Assembly: GCA_964016885.1 (NCBI GenBank) | Contig: OZ024742.1 | Span: 50,840,001-50,904,000, forward strand | Source of the DNA: Eledone cirrhosa | Taxonomy: Eukaryota | Reading direction: 5' to 3' | Length of the DNA stretch: 64,000 nt | Shown: piece by piece, positions 31,579 through 47,486 of the stretch | Layout of the letters: every line of letters starts with the position of its first letter | Numbering within the stretch: position 1 is the first letter of the stretch | Notes under the pieces: generated by a model | Told to the model about the DNA's origin: nothing | Database searches by the model: none | The model's input: only the letters and a program-made list of their open reading frames with translations | Made by a program: the position numbers and the translations under genes

Positions 31579-31795
31579 CATGAGATATCAATATGAATGG
31601 ACCTGTTATTTTTATCTAAATACATTTTTTCCAATCCGCCCGTCCCCTCAATCTAATTGATTTCTTATTCTCTCTTCTGATGAACGACTAGCGTCCGAAG
31701 TGTTAAGACTCTATTCCTGTTATATCAAGCGTTAATCTAATATATACCCTCCATATACTGTACCGATTGTGTCGTTATTTTTGTTTACCTTTTTT

Positions 31796-31904
<109 letters not shown>

Positions 31905-31968
31905 TATATACATATATGTAAATATGTACGGATATACGTGTATGTATATATATGTATGTACGTGTGTG

Positions 31969-32004
<36 letters not shown>

Positions 32005-32457
32005 GTTATAGAGCAAAACATAGAGGCGACAAGCGAAACTGAAAACAAAAGGCTAAAAAGATCGCCTTAAAATTAAAAAAAAACATTTTTTCTCCTGTTT
32101 TATTTCTTCTCTGCTTTTTTCCTTAAAGTCTCTTGGATGTATTTACCATCATTCATTTTGTATACAACTATTATACAAAATACAACTGCGGATGGCACCA
32201 GGTCATACATGGCCTGACCATTGAAATGTGCATAGTGTTTGCAGAAATAAATCATTGATGGAAGTGAACCCCTCCGGCTTCCTGTCATTTTACTCTATAA
32301 TATGATATTTAAATTCATTCGCGCACCACCAAATTATAAAATACCTGGTACTATAACTTTATTGTCCGCATGACCCTCCCAAAATGCAACAATATTTTTC
32401 AACAAATCTTCAGACTGAAAATCTTGCAAAAATGTTACAAATATGTATATATGTGTA

Positions 32458-32534
<77 letters not shown>

Positions 32535-32681
32535 AAGTATGACCCCTACAGCAGAGCTCAAGCAGTTTCGACGGCTATTTCTGGACTGTTATATATATAT
32601 ATATATACATATATGTATATATGTATATATATGTATATATAAATACTTAGTTATACGCACAGACACACACAAGCGCGCGCG

Positions 32682-32721
<40 letters not shown>

Positions 32722-32723
32722 AC

Positions 32724-33881
32724 ATAAACAGAGAAAGACTTAAGCGATACTCCGACCAACTCTATCTCACTCAACAAACATTAGGATATACTTAAGTATT
32801 ATCCCAATTTAGTGTTTGGGGTGCTAACTAATCAGTATTTCGTGGATAGTTGTTTGTATTAATTTATATGAGACATTATTAAATAAATATCTCTTTCCTT
32901 CCAGACGGCCGTTTCGTTATAAGATTTCTACAATTTGGGATAAATAATTTCCAGGTTATGTAGAAACTTGTATATAATCCGTAGTTTTATACACAAACGG
33001 GCTCTTATAAACTCATCAGTGGATGCCCAAATTAATATCGATATAAGAATTATGTTGACATTAATAGAATGGTGATGCTCTCCCTCAACGCTAACAAGAG
33101 ACTGGTAGATTAGAATCCAGCAGTTCTCCCAAAAATTAATTACACGTTGTCCCCAAAAGGGTAAAAGGAGGTCATCTTCAAATAAAACAATATACACGCT
33201 GGTCATTTAAACCTGTTAGGTATTAACCACGAGTATAACAACTCAATTGGAAATTTAAAAGAATAATCATATGTGTATATAACCAATGCACACACAGAGA
33301 TATTAAAACATAATAAATATATGGATGGATCACCTACACATTCAAATAGTCATTCTCTAAGGCTAAATCAGACATGGGATACAAGGAAGATCAATCAGTA
33401 TTTCATATAAAAAATAATAATAAATAGAGTCATACTTTATATCTGGAATCCATATCATGCTCCCAAGAGTATATATTCAATAGATAAACAGAGAAAGCCT
33501 TCAGCGATACTCCGACCAACTCCATTTCACTCAACAAACATTAGGATATACTTAAGTATTATCCCAATTTAGTGTTTGGGGTGCTAACTAATCAGTATTT
33601 CGTGGATAGTTGGCTGTATTATTTTATATGAGACATTATTAAATAAATATCTATTTCCTTCCAGACGGCCGTCTCGTTATGAGATTTCTACAATTTGGGA
33701 TAAATAATTTCCAGGTTGTGTAGAAACTTGTATATGATGCGTAGTTTTATACACGAGCGGGCCCTTATAAACTCATCAGTGGATGCCCAAATTAATATCG
33801 ATATAAGAATTATATTGACATTAATAAAATGGTGATGGTCTCCCTCAGCGTTAAGAATATACTGGTAGATTAGAATCCAGC
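32724..33881 (-). mobile_element. Non-coding HHR element family R760 (retrozyme-like), ~1.5 tandem copies of a 760-nt unit
   Basis: 32724-33121 is repeated at 33484-33881; one HHR per unit; no credible ORF; in a TA context. Confidence 0.8.
32900..33023 (-). ncRNA. Type I hammerhead ribozyme with long branched stem II; second copy at 33660-33783 has GAAA>GAGA
   Basis: Reverse strand: TCCA CTGATGA GTTTATAAGA...TCTTATAAC GAAA CGGCCG TC TGGA. Confidence 0.8.
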
Positions 33882-34357
33882 ATACATATATATATATATA
33901 CTTATGAGGGTTTCGACCTACTACCACTATGAACAAAAATTAAATTAGTCAGAGCAAAATAAAATTATATCTGGGAAACGTAATCAAGTTAAAATAAAAA
34001 TGTACATGTTTATTTCGTTGTCCCAACAGCAGTTTCACTGTTTAATTTAAGGTTTGAATATTCCAATAATCTAGGATACTTTCCACTGTGCGACTTCACA
34101 ACTCCTTATGGAAATTCTCAATTCAAGAAGAAATTCTTTCGAGTGATAATTTGGAATGAGGGAAATATCATGTGATTTACGGTCAACAAAAGTTGAGAGG
34201 TAGGTCAACAATGGTGAGTGACAGAGCTGCGCAAAGGAGCAGCCCATTTAAACCTACTTTTTTTTACTTAACCGTACGATATTACAGAACAAAATTATGA
34301 TGTATATATATATTCGTATTAGGATGACCAACTATATATATTGAGAGAGAGAGACAG

Positions 34358-34489
<132 letters not shown>

Positions 34490-34579
34490 TGAAGGGAGGG
34501 GGAATACTTTGGTGATCGCCATAACGAAGTGATAACGGTATCTTCCTATGTACATGAAATGCATCTGAGAGCGATGACT

Positions 34580-35800
34580 AACATTTCAGACACTAAGGTC
34601 ACAAGCGCAATTAAAGAGCTCAAATAGGGCAAGGGGGAATGATATTCGGTCCGCTTTACATACACAATGTATACTTTGTATGACGCGTGTGTGCAGTCAG
34701 CTTTGGGTCTCGAGAAAATGCAACCTAAACTAAGGCAATGGGGAGTGATAATCATTATGTTTAAAAAGTAAGACAAGAGAGACTGCCCTAATTATAGAGG
34801 GATCTCCTTCGTTAGACACCTGGGTAAAGCCGATGCTGAGTGTCTGACGCTGGAATAATATCGAGTTCAAGCTAGCTGAGGAACAGTGCGATTTCTTGCA
34901 CCGGACGTACCGCAGCCGACCACATCTTCACGCTGTAGTAGGTCTTTGAGAATTTGTGGGTGTATTGTCTTGTATTCTTGTTTCATAAACCTCGAAAAGG
35001 CATATGACCGTATTCCCCGGGTCGGGTTGTGGAAGGCTTTTCGGGGGTGTAAGTTCGATGTATAGATTATTGTTGCCCAGATGTCTCTATACGAACAGCT
35101 AGTATTTATGTTCGGATGAATAATTAAGTCGAAATCATAAAAAGGTTCATAACAGACTCAGCCAAGGAGGTGTTCGGTTTCCTCTAGTATTCATAATCCT
35201 CATGGACAGGATTGACTTGCATATCCGGCCTGTAAGTGGTATTGAGACTGGTGAGTATAAGATCGGTGGGCTCAAATTTGCGAGACATACAGAACTACTT
35301 AACTCGTTAGAAGATGATCACCGACATGCATTTGATAGGTATGCTGCTTAATGTTGTATGGCAGAAGTAAAAATCAAGTCTGCGAAGACTGAAACGCCCG
35401 TACACTAAAGGAAGTGTGTGCCATGCACTCTCCATACAAATAGTAAACTGAAGCGTTGTTGTATTAACATTTCTCAGTCCAGTGTGTAGCTCGGAGATGG
35501 GTTAATGTCCCCATTTAGAGACGCTACGGCTCCAATTTCAGAGATCACTGGCTCGGTTAAATGGATATGGTGTATGTTATGTTAGGAAATAATCGTTGGA
35601 CATATGGTACAGGCAAGGCAAACAGCAGAAGACCCGAGCGTAAACCCCGACCAAGATGGTTGGCACAATCCATGAGCTCGGCTGATGCGGCATCGGGATC
35701 CAACGGGATCAATTGGAGACGGTTGATTTTGACAGGACCTCTTGGAAGGCATCTTTAAAGTCTCAGCTCCAACGAATATCCAAGGAATAATTTTACCAAG
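34580..35800 (+). pseudogene. Highly decayed RTE-clade LINE RT fragment
   Basis: Remnants of C.NYRGIS, EEQC.F, DHIFTL, LEKAYDR and a terminal R..RPRW. Confidence 0.75.
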
Positions 35801-35814
35801 AAGAAATATATATA

Positions 35815-37570
35815 TTGTTATGCTTTGGGAAGGTCATCTTGCCAATAAGTAACACACGAACCAGTTGCTTTCACTCCAGTTTATTATAAATTAAATTTAT
35901 AACTTTATAAATTTATAAATTTATAATTTTCCGCTTGGTTGGTGGTTCGACAACCAGACGGTTGTTCATATATTGTCAAAGTTCTTTCGTCACGCATTAT
36001 GTGACCTCTTCAGTGACTGGGGATTCTTTTCTTTGTGTTTGTGCCTCTCCTTTGTTCTGTCCTACGCCATCTTGTTTGTGTGTGTTTTGTGTGCTTAGTT
36101 TGCGCATGTGTTACATCCGGGTGTCTGTGTGTGTTTTTATTTATTTATTTATTGTTTATTTACATGTTACTGGTTGGTTGTTTGTTCTATGTGTGTGTTT
36201 GTTTTCATTTTGTCATTAATTGTAAGTTGTGATGTTGCTATTCCATTCATGTTTTCTATTTAATGTTGGTTTCAGTTTATGTATGTTTACTGCCTCTGTG
36301 ATTTGTCTAAATATAGCGTCTTTTCTGTGTGTAGATTCTATTTTTATTTCTACGTTCACTAATTTGCCCTTATGTTCTATTTTAGCATGTTAGTGGAGTA
36401 CAGATGATTCTTTTTTATCTTGAAGCTCTCGCCACTGTTGATTTAACCGTTCTCCTATACTACGAGCTGTCTCACCTATGTACACTCTATTCTTATCTCT
36501 ACATTGTCCTTCAGTACATCTTATGCTATATTCTACATTTCTAGTTTTACAGTTAATATGGGGACTTAGTTTACAGATTATACATTCCTTATCTATACAG
36601 GGAGGTCTTTGAAAATGGTATGTATTGCTCATAAGTGATATTATGGAGGTATCTGGTCTTTCTACTATCTTTATATTGAGTTTATCTTTATCTAGGGCCC
36701 TTCTAAATGTGTAAGCTAATTCACCTCTAGGGGTTGTATGGATAACATTACACTCTGGTATTTATTGCTATCATACCATGAGTTTATTCTATTAACCTTA
36801 TTCCTAGTTCTTTCTATTCTATTCCAAAAGTTGCTCCTATACAAGGGCAGGTCCCATTTGTATCATTATTTACCATTTTTTCCCATTTGGTTCTGGCTCC
36901 TCTATATACTCTGATTTTATCTCTCTGATTATAACCAGAGAACTGCATACGGTGCATGAATGGTTGTATGTGTCTCTCTAGTTCTTTGGGGTTGCACATG
37001 CGGGACACGTTTCTCATTACCCGTACCAAATCCGCAATCAGTATGTTGATTTTGGTGTGATCCGAAACAGCTGAGTTTCGGTGGATCAGATATTTGGAAG
37101 TCATGGATTTGGCATAATGGGTATGGAGGATTGTTTTTTGTTATTAATGGTTTCTAACCAGTGCTCTGTGTCTAGTACAGGTAATCGATGGTTGAGGTGT
37201 TGCTTGAGTAGTCTATAGTAACTCTAATACTCTGGTGGATGGAGTTAGCTAGTTGCTGGATGCATTCCATGGTGTTTTTCTCTAATTCCTGATTGTTCTC
37301 TAGTGGGAGTGTTTTTACTACGATGTTTATATCATCATTGTAGCGGGAATACATTATCAGGTTTAAGAGGTTGCTGTCTTCTAATTGTTCTTTAAGTTTA
37401 AGTTTAAATCTATTGTCTCACCATACGATGAATAGGTTAGCTATGTCACCTGCAATGCTAACACCAATGGCTGCTCCCTCCTCTTGGGCATATGTTTTTT
37501 CCATTAAATTTGAACTTATGTTCCTTGAGGGTTAATTTTATACTGGTCCCCACCGCGTGTGCAATCATTT
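35815..37570 (-). mobile_element. PLE of a different (Neptune-like) group, 5'-truncated and decayed
   Basis: GAAIGVSIAG, YSRYNDD, CIICK, CKTRNVEYSIRC and YIGETARSIGERL. Confidence 0.85.
35975..36017 (-). ncRNA. Minimal type I hammerhead ribozyme
   Basis: Reverse strand: GTCA CTGAAGA G-GTCAC-ATAATGC-GTGAC GAAA GAAC TT TGAC. Confidence 0.7.
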
Positions 37571-37635
37571 TCTTAATTAACCTTTATGCATATGCATATA
37601 TATATATATATATACGTAATGTATATATATATTAT

Positions 37636-37821
37636 ATAATTGTTTCTAATTTAGGCAGCAATTACCCAGTGCATTACTGGTACTTTATTTTTTATCGACC
37701 CCGTAAGGATGAAAGGCAAAGTCAACCTCGGCGGGATTTGAACTCAGATCGTAAAGGGACGTAACTATGCTGGAAAACATGGCGTCCGACCTTCTACCGA
37801 TACTGCCAATCCACCGCCCTT
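37636..37821 (-). mobile_element. Octopus-type SINE
   Basis: Same family as 25657-25844. Confidence 0.85.
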
Positions 37822-37849
37822 TATATATTATATATTATATAATGTATAT

Positions 37850-39762
<1,913 letters not shown>

Positions 39763-41433
39763 ACACATAAATATAGTAACATTTTTAATAGAAATACTAT
39801 TAAAATGTCTTACTCTACGACTCCTAACCTTGCACATAACATCACAGCTTCAAATTTAGCTAAACTACCTAGCCGTAGGAACACGTGCAACCCTGTAGTT
39901 AGTACTAACTGTAATTGTAGGAATCGGGCTGATTGCCCCCTATCCGGGAAATGCCACTCTAGTAACATTGTCTACAAATGTAAGGTTGTAACACCCACGT
40001 CTCGTAGGGCCTACATAGGGTTAACCGACAATAGTGTCAAAAAGCGTCTTTACGTGCATACCCATTCTTTTCGTTACCCTCTAAGAAGGAATGTGACGTC
40101 ACTTTCAGCTTATATCTGGAGTCTAAAAGACAACCACACCCAATATAAGTTACACTGGGAGATCCTAGCTAGGGCTAGATCGTATAACGGAAATAAAAGA
40201 CCATGTGACCTCTGCGCCGCTGAGGCCCTGGAAATACTCTACGCCACAGACCACATCTTAAACAAAAAATCTGAGGCAATTTCGGCTTGTAAACATAAAT
40301 TGCACAAAACTTTCCTATATTACAGCCCCATGTTATACCATAACGGATAGTACGATCTATACGTGGATATTTTACGTCTTGATGTAGGAGCTAAGTATAT
40401 GTTTTTTGTATTCCTTTACTTATTTGCATAGGTAAGTATATATTACCCGTATGTTTTGTGAAGGTATGTATACCTTCTCGTACGTATATTTGATTGTTAT
40501 GTCGTATAATTTTTATATATTCTGGTATTTGGGGTTTGGCTATGTGTATACGGGAGTTTTGCGTCTGCGTGAACATGCAGGTTCGTACGTATGGTGGGTG
40601 TGTGTATATGTGTACTTCTTGTTTTAGTTGACTTACGTCTCCGAACATTCGTGTATTTATATGTAGGTATGTGTGTGCGCTTGTTATATACGTATTTATT
40701 TACTTATATACGTTTATATAATTATTTATTTATGTGTACACAAGCATACACACACACACATATTTATATGTGCGTGGTTTTGTATACCTATGGTAAGGTT
40801 TTGCGTATGCTTGTGTATGTACGTATTTGTTTGCGTGTATGTATTTATTTATTTCTATTACTTCTGTATTGTATGTATTTACTTTGTTCTTAACTCTGTA
40901 GCGGAGATACATTTGGTCTCCTAGTTAGAATTTTAGTCTACGACTTCTGCTATACCATTTACGTGGTTTTGTCTTTGCGTGCTATTGTTCTCCACGGTCC
41001 ACATATGACTTATTATCTTCGTTTTTTTCGTTCATTGCCAGAGAACGTCTGTATGCACCACCTAAGAGATCATTAGTCTACGACCTCTTTTATACGTGGT
41101 TCTGTCTTTGCGCGTAATTGTTTTTCACCGCTCCTATTAATGACGTATTATTCGTTTTTTCCAGTTCTTTGCCAGCGAACGTTTCCAGGAACAAAAGTAT
41201 CGTCTTCCTGTCTTCCTCTGGTTGCAACGTTTTTTGAAATATCCAATTCTGCGTTGACAGATTGACTTTGTTAGTTTCAGAAGATCCTGTTAAGGGTGAA
41301 AGCAGCGATTCTTTGTTTAAACTTTAATCTGTTACTTTAATAACTATTTGCTCTATGGTTCTTATATATTTGATATATATTTATCCTTATCGAGCCCTCT
41401 TTAGATTTTAGTCTTCAATTTAATTATTATTAC
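39763..41433 (+). mobile_element. PLE family I, right arm (GIY-YIG ORF 39805-40350)
   Basis: Near-identical reverse complement of 38047-39623 with scattered substitutions. Confidence 0.92.
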
Positions 41434-41451
41434 TATATATATATATATATA

Positions 41452-41510
<59 letters not shown>

Positions 41511-41519
41511 GTATGTATA

Positions 41520-41582
<63 letters not shown>

Positions 41583-42184
41583 ATGTGTGCGTCTATGTGT
41601 GAGGGTGTGTGAATGTGCGTATGTGTGTATGGTTTTTGGTATATATATATATATATATAATTATATATTCATAACATTGTTTTCCTGCGCATCCAGAGTA
41701 TATCTAATCAATTTTGAAAAAAAATAGGATGTTTTGAGAATAATATATTGCTCACCAAAGCTAAATGTAGGTAAACACAATACACAATGTTATTCTCTAT
41801 TCACAATGATATCAAGTGCCCAAATATTGTATGGAAGTCCCAGAGGCCAAGGAAAATCAATATATTGGAGTGAGTGGCGTATAATTACATTGTAAAGAAT
41901 AAGAAACACGAAACTAGTGATAAATGTAAGAAAATCCAACAACCTTTGTGCATAAGAGTAATGTAGTTAATATACAATTGGATCTCTCAGGAAAGACAGA
42001 TAGTGATATATACTGAGAGAAAAGTTTTAATTTACTAGAGTGATTTATCTGGGTTTTTTTAGGTTAGTTGTTATATTTCCGAAGTAAACATAGTTACTAT
42101 GTTGAGGTAAAACAAAAAAATTTATGATAAAAATATGCTTTTCGTATGTATATATTTATGCATATATATATATGCATAAACATA

Positions 42185-42312
42185 TAGCTTCCTGATGATT
42201 TATCATGAATGAAACAGTTCTAGTCATGTAGAGGCTGTTCTATATTAACCCTTTTATACTCTGCTATGTATACCTTACTTACTGTGGTTACCTCCGACTC
42301 AACCCGGAATAG

Positions 42313-42315
<3 letters not shown>
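42185..42315 (+). mobile_element. PLE-type 3' tip with a decayed HHR
   Basis: CTGATGA..GAAA-CAGTTCTAG-TC at 42192-42225, then the shared tail CTGTGGTTACCTCCGACTCAACCCGG. Confidence 0.5.
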
Positions 42316-42357
<42 letters not shown>

Positions 42358-42364
<7 letters not shown>

Positions 42365-43056
42365 TTCAGGTTATCAATAATGTAGTGATAATATATCGTT
42401 ACGTTAGAGATGAACAGAGTACGTGTAGGTTTGCTCAACGAGTATAAATTATATTCCGGAGAAAAACGTAGAAAAGATGAATATAAAATGAAAGTGCTTT
42501 TTTTAAAAAGGAATTTATTAGGTATTGACATATGTTTCTGTAACAGACGGAATACCTATGTATCGCTGCTTGCGTAATCATATAATGTTAGCAAGTATTC
42601 GATAGCAAATGTATAATCAGTTGTCACTTCTTCAGAGATTTTGGATAAATTGGATAAAATCAGAAAAATTGAAGTATTTATATTAGTAACAGATCAAGAA
42701 GAGAGGGGATAATATATAACAGATGGTAATTCAATTTACTGCTAAACAACTATATAAAGGGTTTCTAATGAGAATACCATGAGTAAATGGTTTATTTTAT
42801 TTAAATAAGAATTTTTGGGAGTGCCAATTTTAATCTATACTTGACCAATTGGACAGTGGACAGGGCCGGTCATTTGCTGTAGTAGTATTAATTATAAAGT
42901 GTCAATTGGGGAAGGGGGAGATTTCGATTGCTACTGAATAACATCAATGCTAGTAGCCAGCTGGTATATGCATTAGGGAATTGAATTAAGAAATCAGAAA
43001 TCTCATTTTATCTATAGCAGTTTATATTAAATGGTAAATAATAGAAGAGTTGATAG
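42358..43056 (-). mobile_element. PLE family J, short inverted left arm (3'UTR only)
   Basis: 42468-43056 is the reverse complement of 44810-45397. Confidence 0.85.
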
Positions 43057-45400
43057 CAAATATATACTAGACAGAATTATCCCCCAAGTTAAGGTTAAAG
43101 TAGAAATTAAACTATGGGGTAACACTCATGAAGCAATAAGATGGTTTAATAACATTACTGATAAGAAAAAATCAAAATTTATTCAGTTTGATATTGATGA
43201 ATATTATTCCTCAATTTCACCTGATACTCTACATGAAGCTCTTTCGCTCGCTCAGGCTAATTCCGACCTTACGGATGCTGAAATTAAAATTATTATGGAA
43301 GCGAGGTAAACTATAGTTAAATTCGATGATAGCTACTGGGTTCGCAAAGATAGACCTTCTAATTTTGATATTACTATGGGTTCTAATGATTCGGCGGAAG
43401 TAACATATCTTGTGGGAATTTATATCACCCACAGACTACAAGGAAAATTCAAGGATCTCCACGGTGGAATCTACCGTGATGATGCGCACCTATTAGTTAA
43501 GCATATTAATAACCAGAATTTAGAAAGGATGCGTAAAAATATCAGAAAGCTTTTTAAGGAATTAGGATTAAATATTACATTTGAATATAACCTCAAAGAG
43601 GTTAATTTCCTTGATGTTACTTTGAATCTCAATACAGATAAGATTAAACCGTTCCATAAACTAAATGAGAACCTTAAATATGTAAATACGAGTTCTAACC
43701 ATCCACTCTCTATAATTAAATCCATCCCTAGAAATGTTTCTCTTAGAATCTCCCACCTGTCGTCCAACCAACAAACCTTCAAAGAACATGCCGAATATTA
43801 TGATGATGCACTTAGGAAAGCCGGACACCTAGATAATATAGAGTATATAGCCGAAGATCACCAAAACACCCAAAATAAATCCCATAGGAGTAGAAATAGC
43901 ACAGAATCACCACCTTACATACACTACCGCAATAGACACAATACTAGTCGCACACCACCAAACAGAAGGCGATGTAAAGAGTATATTTGGTACAACTCGG
44001 TCTATAAGATCTCTATTAAAACCAATCCACCCTCACAATTCTTTCGATTAGCTAAAAAACACTTTCCAACATCACATAAATATAATAAAATCTTAAACCC
44101 TAACACTATTCGACTCTCATATTCAACCGCCCCTAATATTGAACAACATATAAAAAAGCTTAACGCAAAACGGTTGTATAAACGTCTTCCAACACATAAC
44201 AATACACGTAAAACATTAGCTATAACATCACAAAACAACAAACAACATCCTGTCCTACCTAAGCAACCTCATCAACCCATCCATGACAATACAACAACGC
44301 AAAATTATAATAGTAACTGTGTCCAACCAGGAATGTGTCCGTTGATCAATCAGTGTCTTGAACGCAACATCATATACAAATGTACTATCGAATCGGATAG
44401 ACAGAAGTGGTACTATGTGGGATCTACAGCCACCTCCTTCAAATCACGCCTTTATAGACATCGTTACTCGATAAAACATGAAAACCAGCGTTATGTAACA
44501 ACACTCGCAGAGAAGGCTTGGCAGCTGCCTGAAAATAACCAACAATTTTACCTAAAATGGGATATAATAGCGGCTGCCCCGCCCCCCCCCCCCCCCCTCC
44601 CATATTTTGTAAATTATGTAATGTGGAATTATTTTGTATTATGAAATCCAAAATCATTTTAGTAAATAACAGAATAGAGCGATCGTTATACTGTAACCAT
44701 CGCTTAAAATCTACATTTTCATATTATAAATACTACCAGAATTGAACGCCCGTCTCTATATCCGTTTGATTGTCAAAATAGATATTAACATTCTCTATTA
44801 GTCTTAATTCTATCAACTCTTCTATTATTTACCATTTAATATAAACTGCTATAGATAAAATGAGATTTCTGATTTCTTAATTCAATTCCCTAATGCATAT
44901 ACCAGCTGGCTACTAGCATTGATGTTATTCAGTAGCAATCGAAATCTCCCCCTTCTCCAATTGACACTTTATAATTAATACTACTACACCAAATGACCAG
45001 CCCTGTCTACTGTCCAATTGGTTAAGTATAGATTAAAATTGGCACTCCCAAAAATTCTTATTTAGATAAAATAAACCATTTACTCATGGTATTCTCATTA
45101 GAAACCCTTTATATAGTTGTTTAGCAGTAAATTGAATTACCATCTGTCATATACTATCCCCTCTCTTCTTCCTCTATTACTAATATAAATACTTCAATTT
45201 TTCTGATTTTATCCAATTTATCCAAAATCTCTGAAGAAGTGACAACTGATTATACATTTGCTATCGAATACTTGCTAACATTATATGATTACGCACGCAG
45301 CGATACATAGGTATTCCGTCTGTTACAGAAACATATGTCAATACCTAATAAATTCCTTTTTAAAAAAAGCACTTTCATTTTATATTCATCTTTTCTATAT
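43055..45400 (+). mobile_element. PLE family J, long right arm; RT + GIY-YIG ORF ~43055-44745 with one stop and one frameshift
   Basis: FIQFDIDEYYSSI, MGSNDSAEV, GGIYRDD, IIYKC..YYVG and CKLCNVE. Confidence 0.92.
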
Positions 45401-45411
45401 ATAAATATATA

Positions 45412-45855
45412 GAGAAAAAAAGACGAAATCGAAAATGCAACTGGTGTCTTATTTAAAAAAAATATATATATATATCTAGTTGGTTCCTTTACCGGTTTCG
45501 CAGTTCTTCTGCTTTTCAAAAGTAGAGTTGAGATGGAGGATCTGTGATTCTTCTCAGACCCTCCATCTCAACACTACTTTTGAAAAGCAGAAGAACTGCG
45601 AAACCGGTAAAGGAACCAAAGAGATATATATATATATTTTTTAAATAAGACTCTAGCTGCATTTTCGATTTCATCTTTTTTACTGTATACTTTCACTCGT
45701 GTAGGACACCTCGATTATTTTTCATTTTGTTAAAAAAACCTCACTTTCTAATATATATTTACATAGAAAGTGAGGTTTTTTTAACAAAAGGGAAAAATAA
45801 CCGAGGTGTCCTACACGAGTGAAAGTAAAAAGAAAAAAAGATGAAATCGAAAATG

Positions 45856-45858
<3 letters not shown>
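45412..45858. repeat. Double fold-back of a PLE-type 3' end: head-to-head at ~45548, then tail-to-tail at ~45755
   Basis: 45412-45543 pairs with 45555-45682, and 45659-45749 with 45764-45858. HHR 3' half GC-GAAA-CCGG-TA. Confidence 0.8.
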
Positions 45859-45889
<31 letters not shown>

Positions 45890-45968
45890 TATACACACAC
45901 ACACATATATATATATACTTATACATACACACACAAACACACATATATATATATATATATATATACAA

Positions 45969-46456
45969 TAATTGTTTCTACGTTAGGCACAAGGCCAGCA
46001 ATAAGCCAGTGTATTACTGGTACTTTATTTTATCGACCCCGTAAGGATGAAAGGCAAAGGTAACCTCGGCGGGATTTGAACTCAGAATGGCAAAGGCCGT
46101 AACTCTATGCGTGAAAGCATGGCGTCCGACCCTCTACCAAAACTGCCATTCCACCGCCATATATATACAATAATTGTTTCTACTTTAGGCACAAGGCCAG
46201 AAATTACACAGTGCATTACTGGTACTTTATTTTATCGACCCCGTATCGACCATATATATACAATAATTGTTTCTACTTTAGGCACAAGGCCAGCACATAC
46301 CCAGCACATTACTGGTACTTTATTTTATCGACCCCGTAAGGATGAAAGGCAAAGTTAACCTCGGCGAGATTTCAACTCAGATCATAAAGGGACGTAACTC
46401 TATGCTACAAAGCATGGCGTCCAACCCTCTACAGATACTGCCAATCAACCACCCTT
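45969..46456 (-). mobile_element. Tandem cluster of octopus-type SINEs (full, 3' partial, full)
   Basis: Three ATAATTGTTTCTAC starts at ~45969, ~46170 and ~46263. Confidence 0.85.
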
Positions 46457-46457
46457 A

Positions 46458-46947
46458 TACAATAATGAGAGGTATACAGATATATGTGTATACATACATA
46501 TACATGTATATATAAACATATATTTTTCACAAGTATGTGAGATGGTATGTTGTCCACCTTAAACAGTGTTACTCTATGATTATGAGGGACAAGATAATCG
46601 AAATAATTAAATTGCCACACTATCAGAGTTGTGTAAAATATTATCAAAAGGAATAATAGATACAATATACCTATTTTTTCTTTAGTGCCGACTGTACAGT
46701 TTCGATGGTCACTATGCAAAAATGTTATATCATTTAAAATAGGTATACTGTATCTATTATTCCGTTTTATAATATTTTACACAACTCTGATAGTGTGGCA
46801 ATTTAAATATTTCGATTATCTTGTCTCTCATGATCATCGAGTAACACTGGTTAAGGTCGACAACATACAATCTCACATACTTGTGAAAAATATATGTTTA
46901 TATATACATGTATATGTATATACATATATCTGTATACCTCTCATTAT
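46458..46947. repeat. Head-to-head fold-back of a PLE-type 3' end (same family as 47480-47620)
   Basis: 46464-46678 is inverted at 46736-46947. HHR 3' half GAAA-CTGTACAG-TC on the minus strand at ~46690. Confidence 0.8.
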
Positions 46948-47027
46948 CGTCTCTAACAATAATGAGAGGTATACAGATATATGTTTATACCTATATATAT
47001 ACAGATATATGTGTATACATATATCTA

Positions 47028-47218
47028 ACGGTGGATTGGCAGTATCGGTAGAGGGTCGGACGCCATGCTTTCCAGCATAGTTACGTCCCTTTACGATTTG
47101 AGTTCAAATCCCGCCGAGGTTGACTATCCCTTTCATCCTTACCGGGTCGATAAAATAAAGTACCAGTAATGCACTGGTAAATTGTCTGGCCTTGTGCCTA
47201 AAGTAGAAACAATTATTG
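47028..47218 (+). mobile_element. Octopus-type SINE
   Basis: GGTGGATTGGCAGTATCGGTAGAG...GAGTTCAAATCCC...GTAGAAACAATTATT. Confidence 0.88.
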
Positions 47219-47486
47219 TCTCTAACTCTCTCACGGTAGAGTAACCACGGAAGTATAGTGACTGCTTTCAAGCAAACACTATATACACTTCTAGTCAACA
47301 TTATCACCTCTCTGTAGCCTCTGTATCATATCAATATCTCCCTCCGCCTTCTAAGATATTTTTCACTGCTACAAGGGATTATTCCCCTTTCTTGACCGGT
47401 GTATCACGTGATAGAGTCTCCCTCCGCCTTTCTGAGATGTTCTCGCATGCTACGGACATATGTAGTTAGGTCTCTTCCCTGAGCTG

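Noticed and set aside
31672-31708. Minimal HHR CTGATGA-ACGAC..GTCC-GAAG
   Set aside because: GAAA is mutated and stem III is absent; at best a decayed copy.
47028-47115. tRNA gene
   Set aside because: A and B boxes are present, but it is the head of a multi-copy SINE and I could not fit a cloverleaf.
46263-47218. Apparent larger palindrome including two opposed SINEs
   Set aside because: The two SINE copies differ at diagnostic positions (GTAACTCTATGC versus GTAACTATGC) and the junctions are not symmetric, so independent insertions are more likely.
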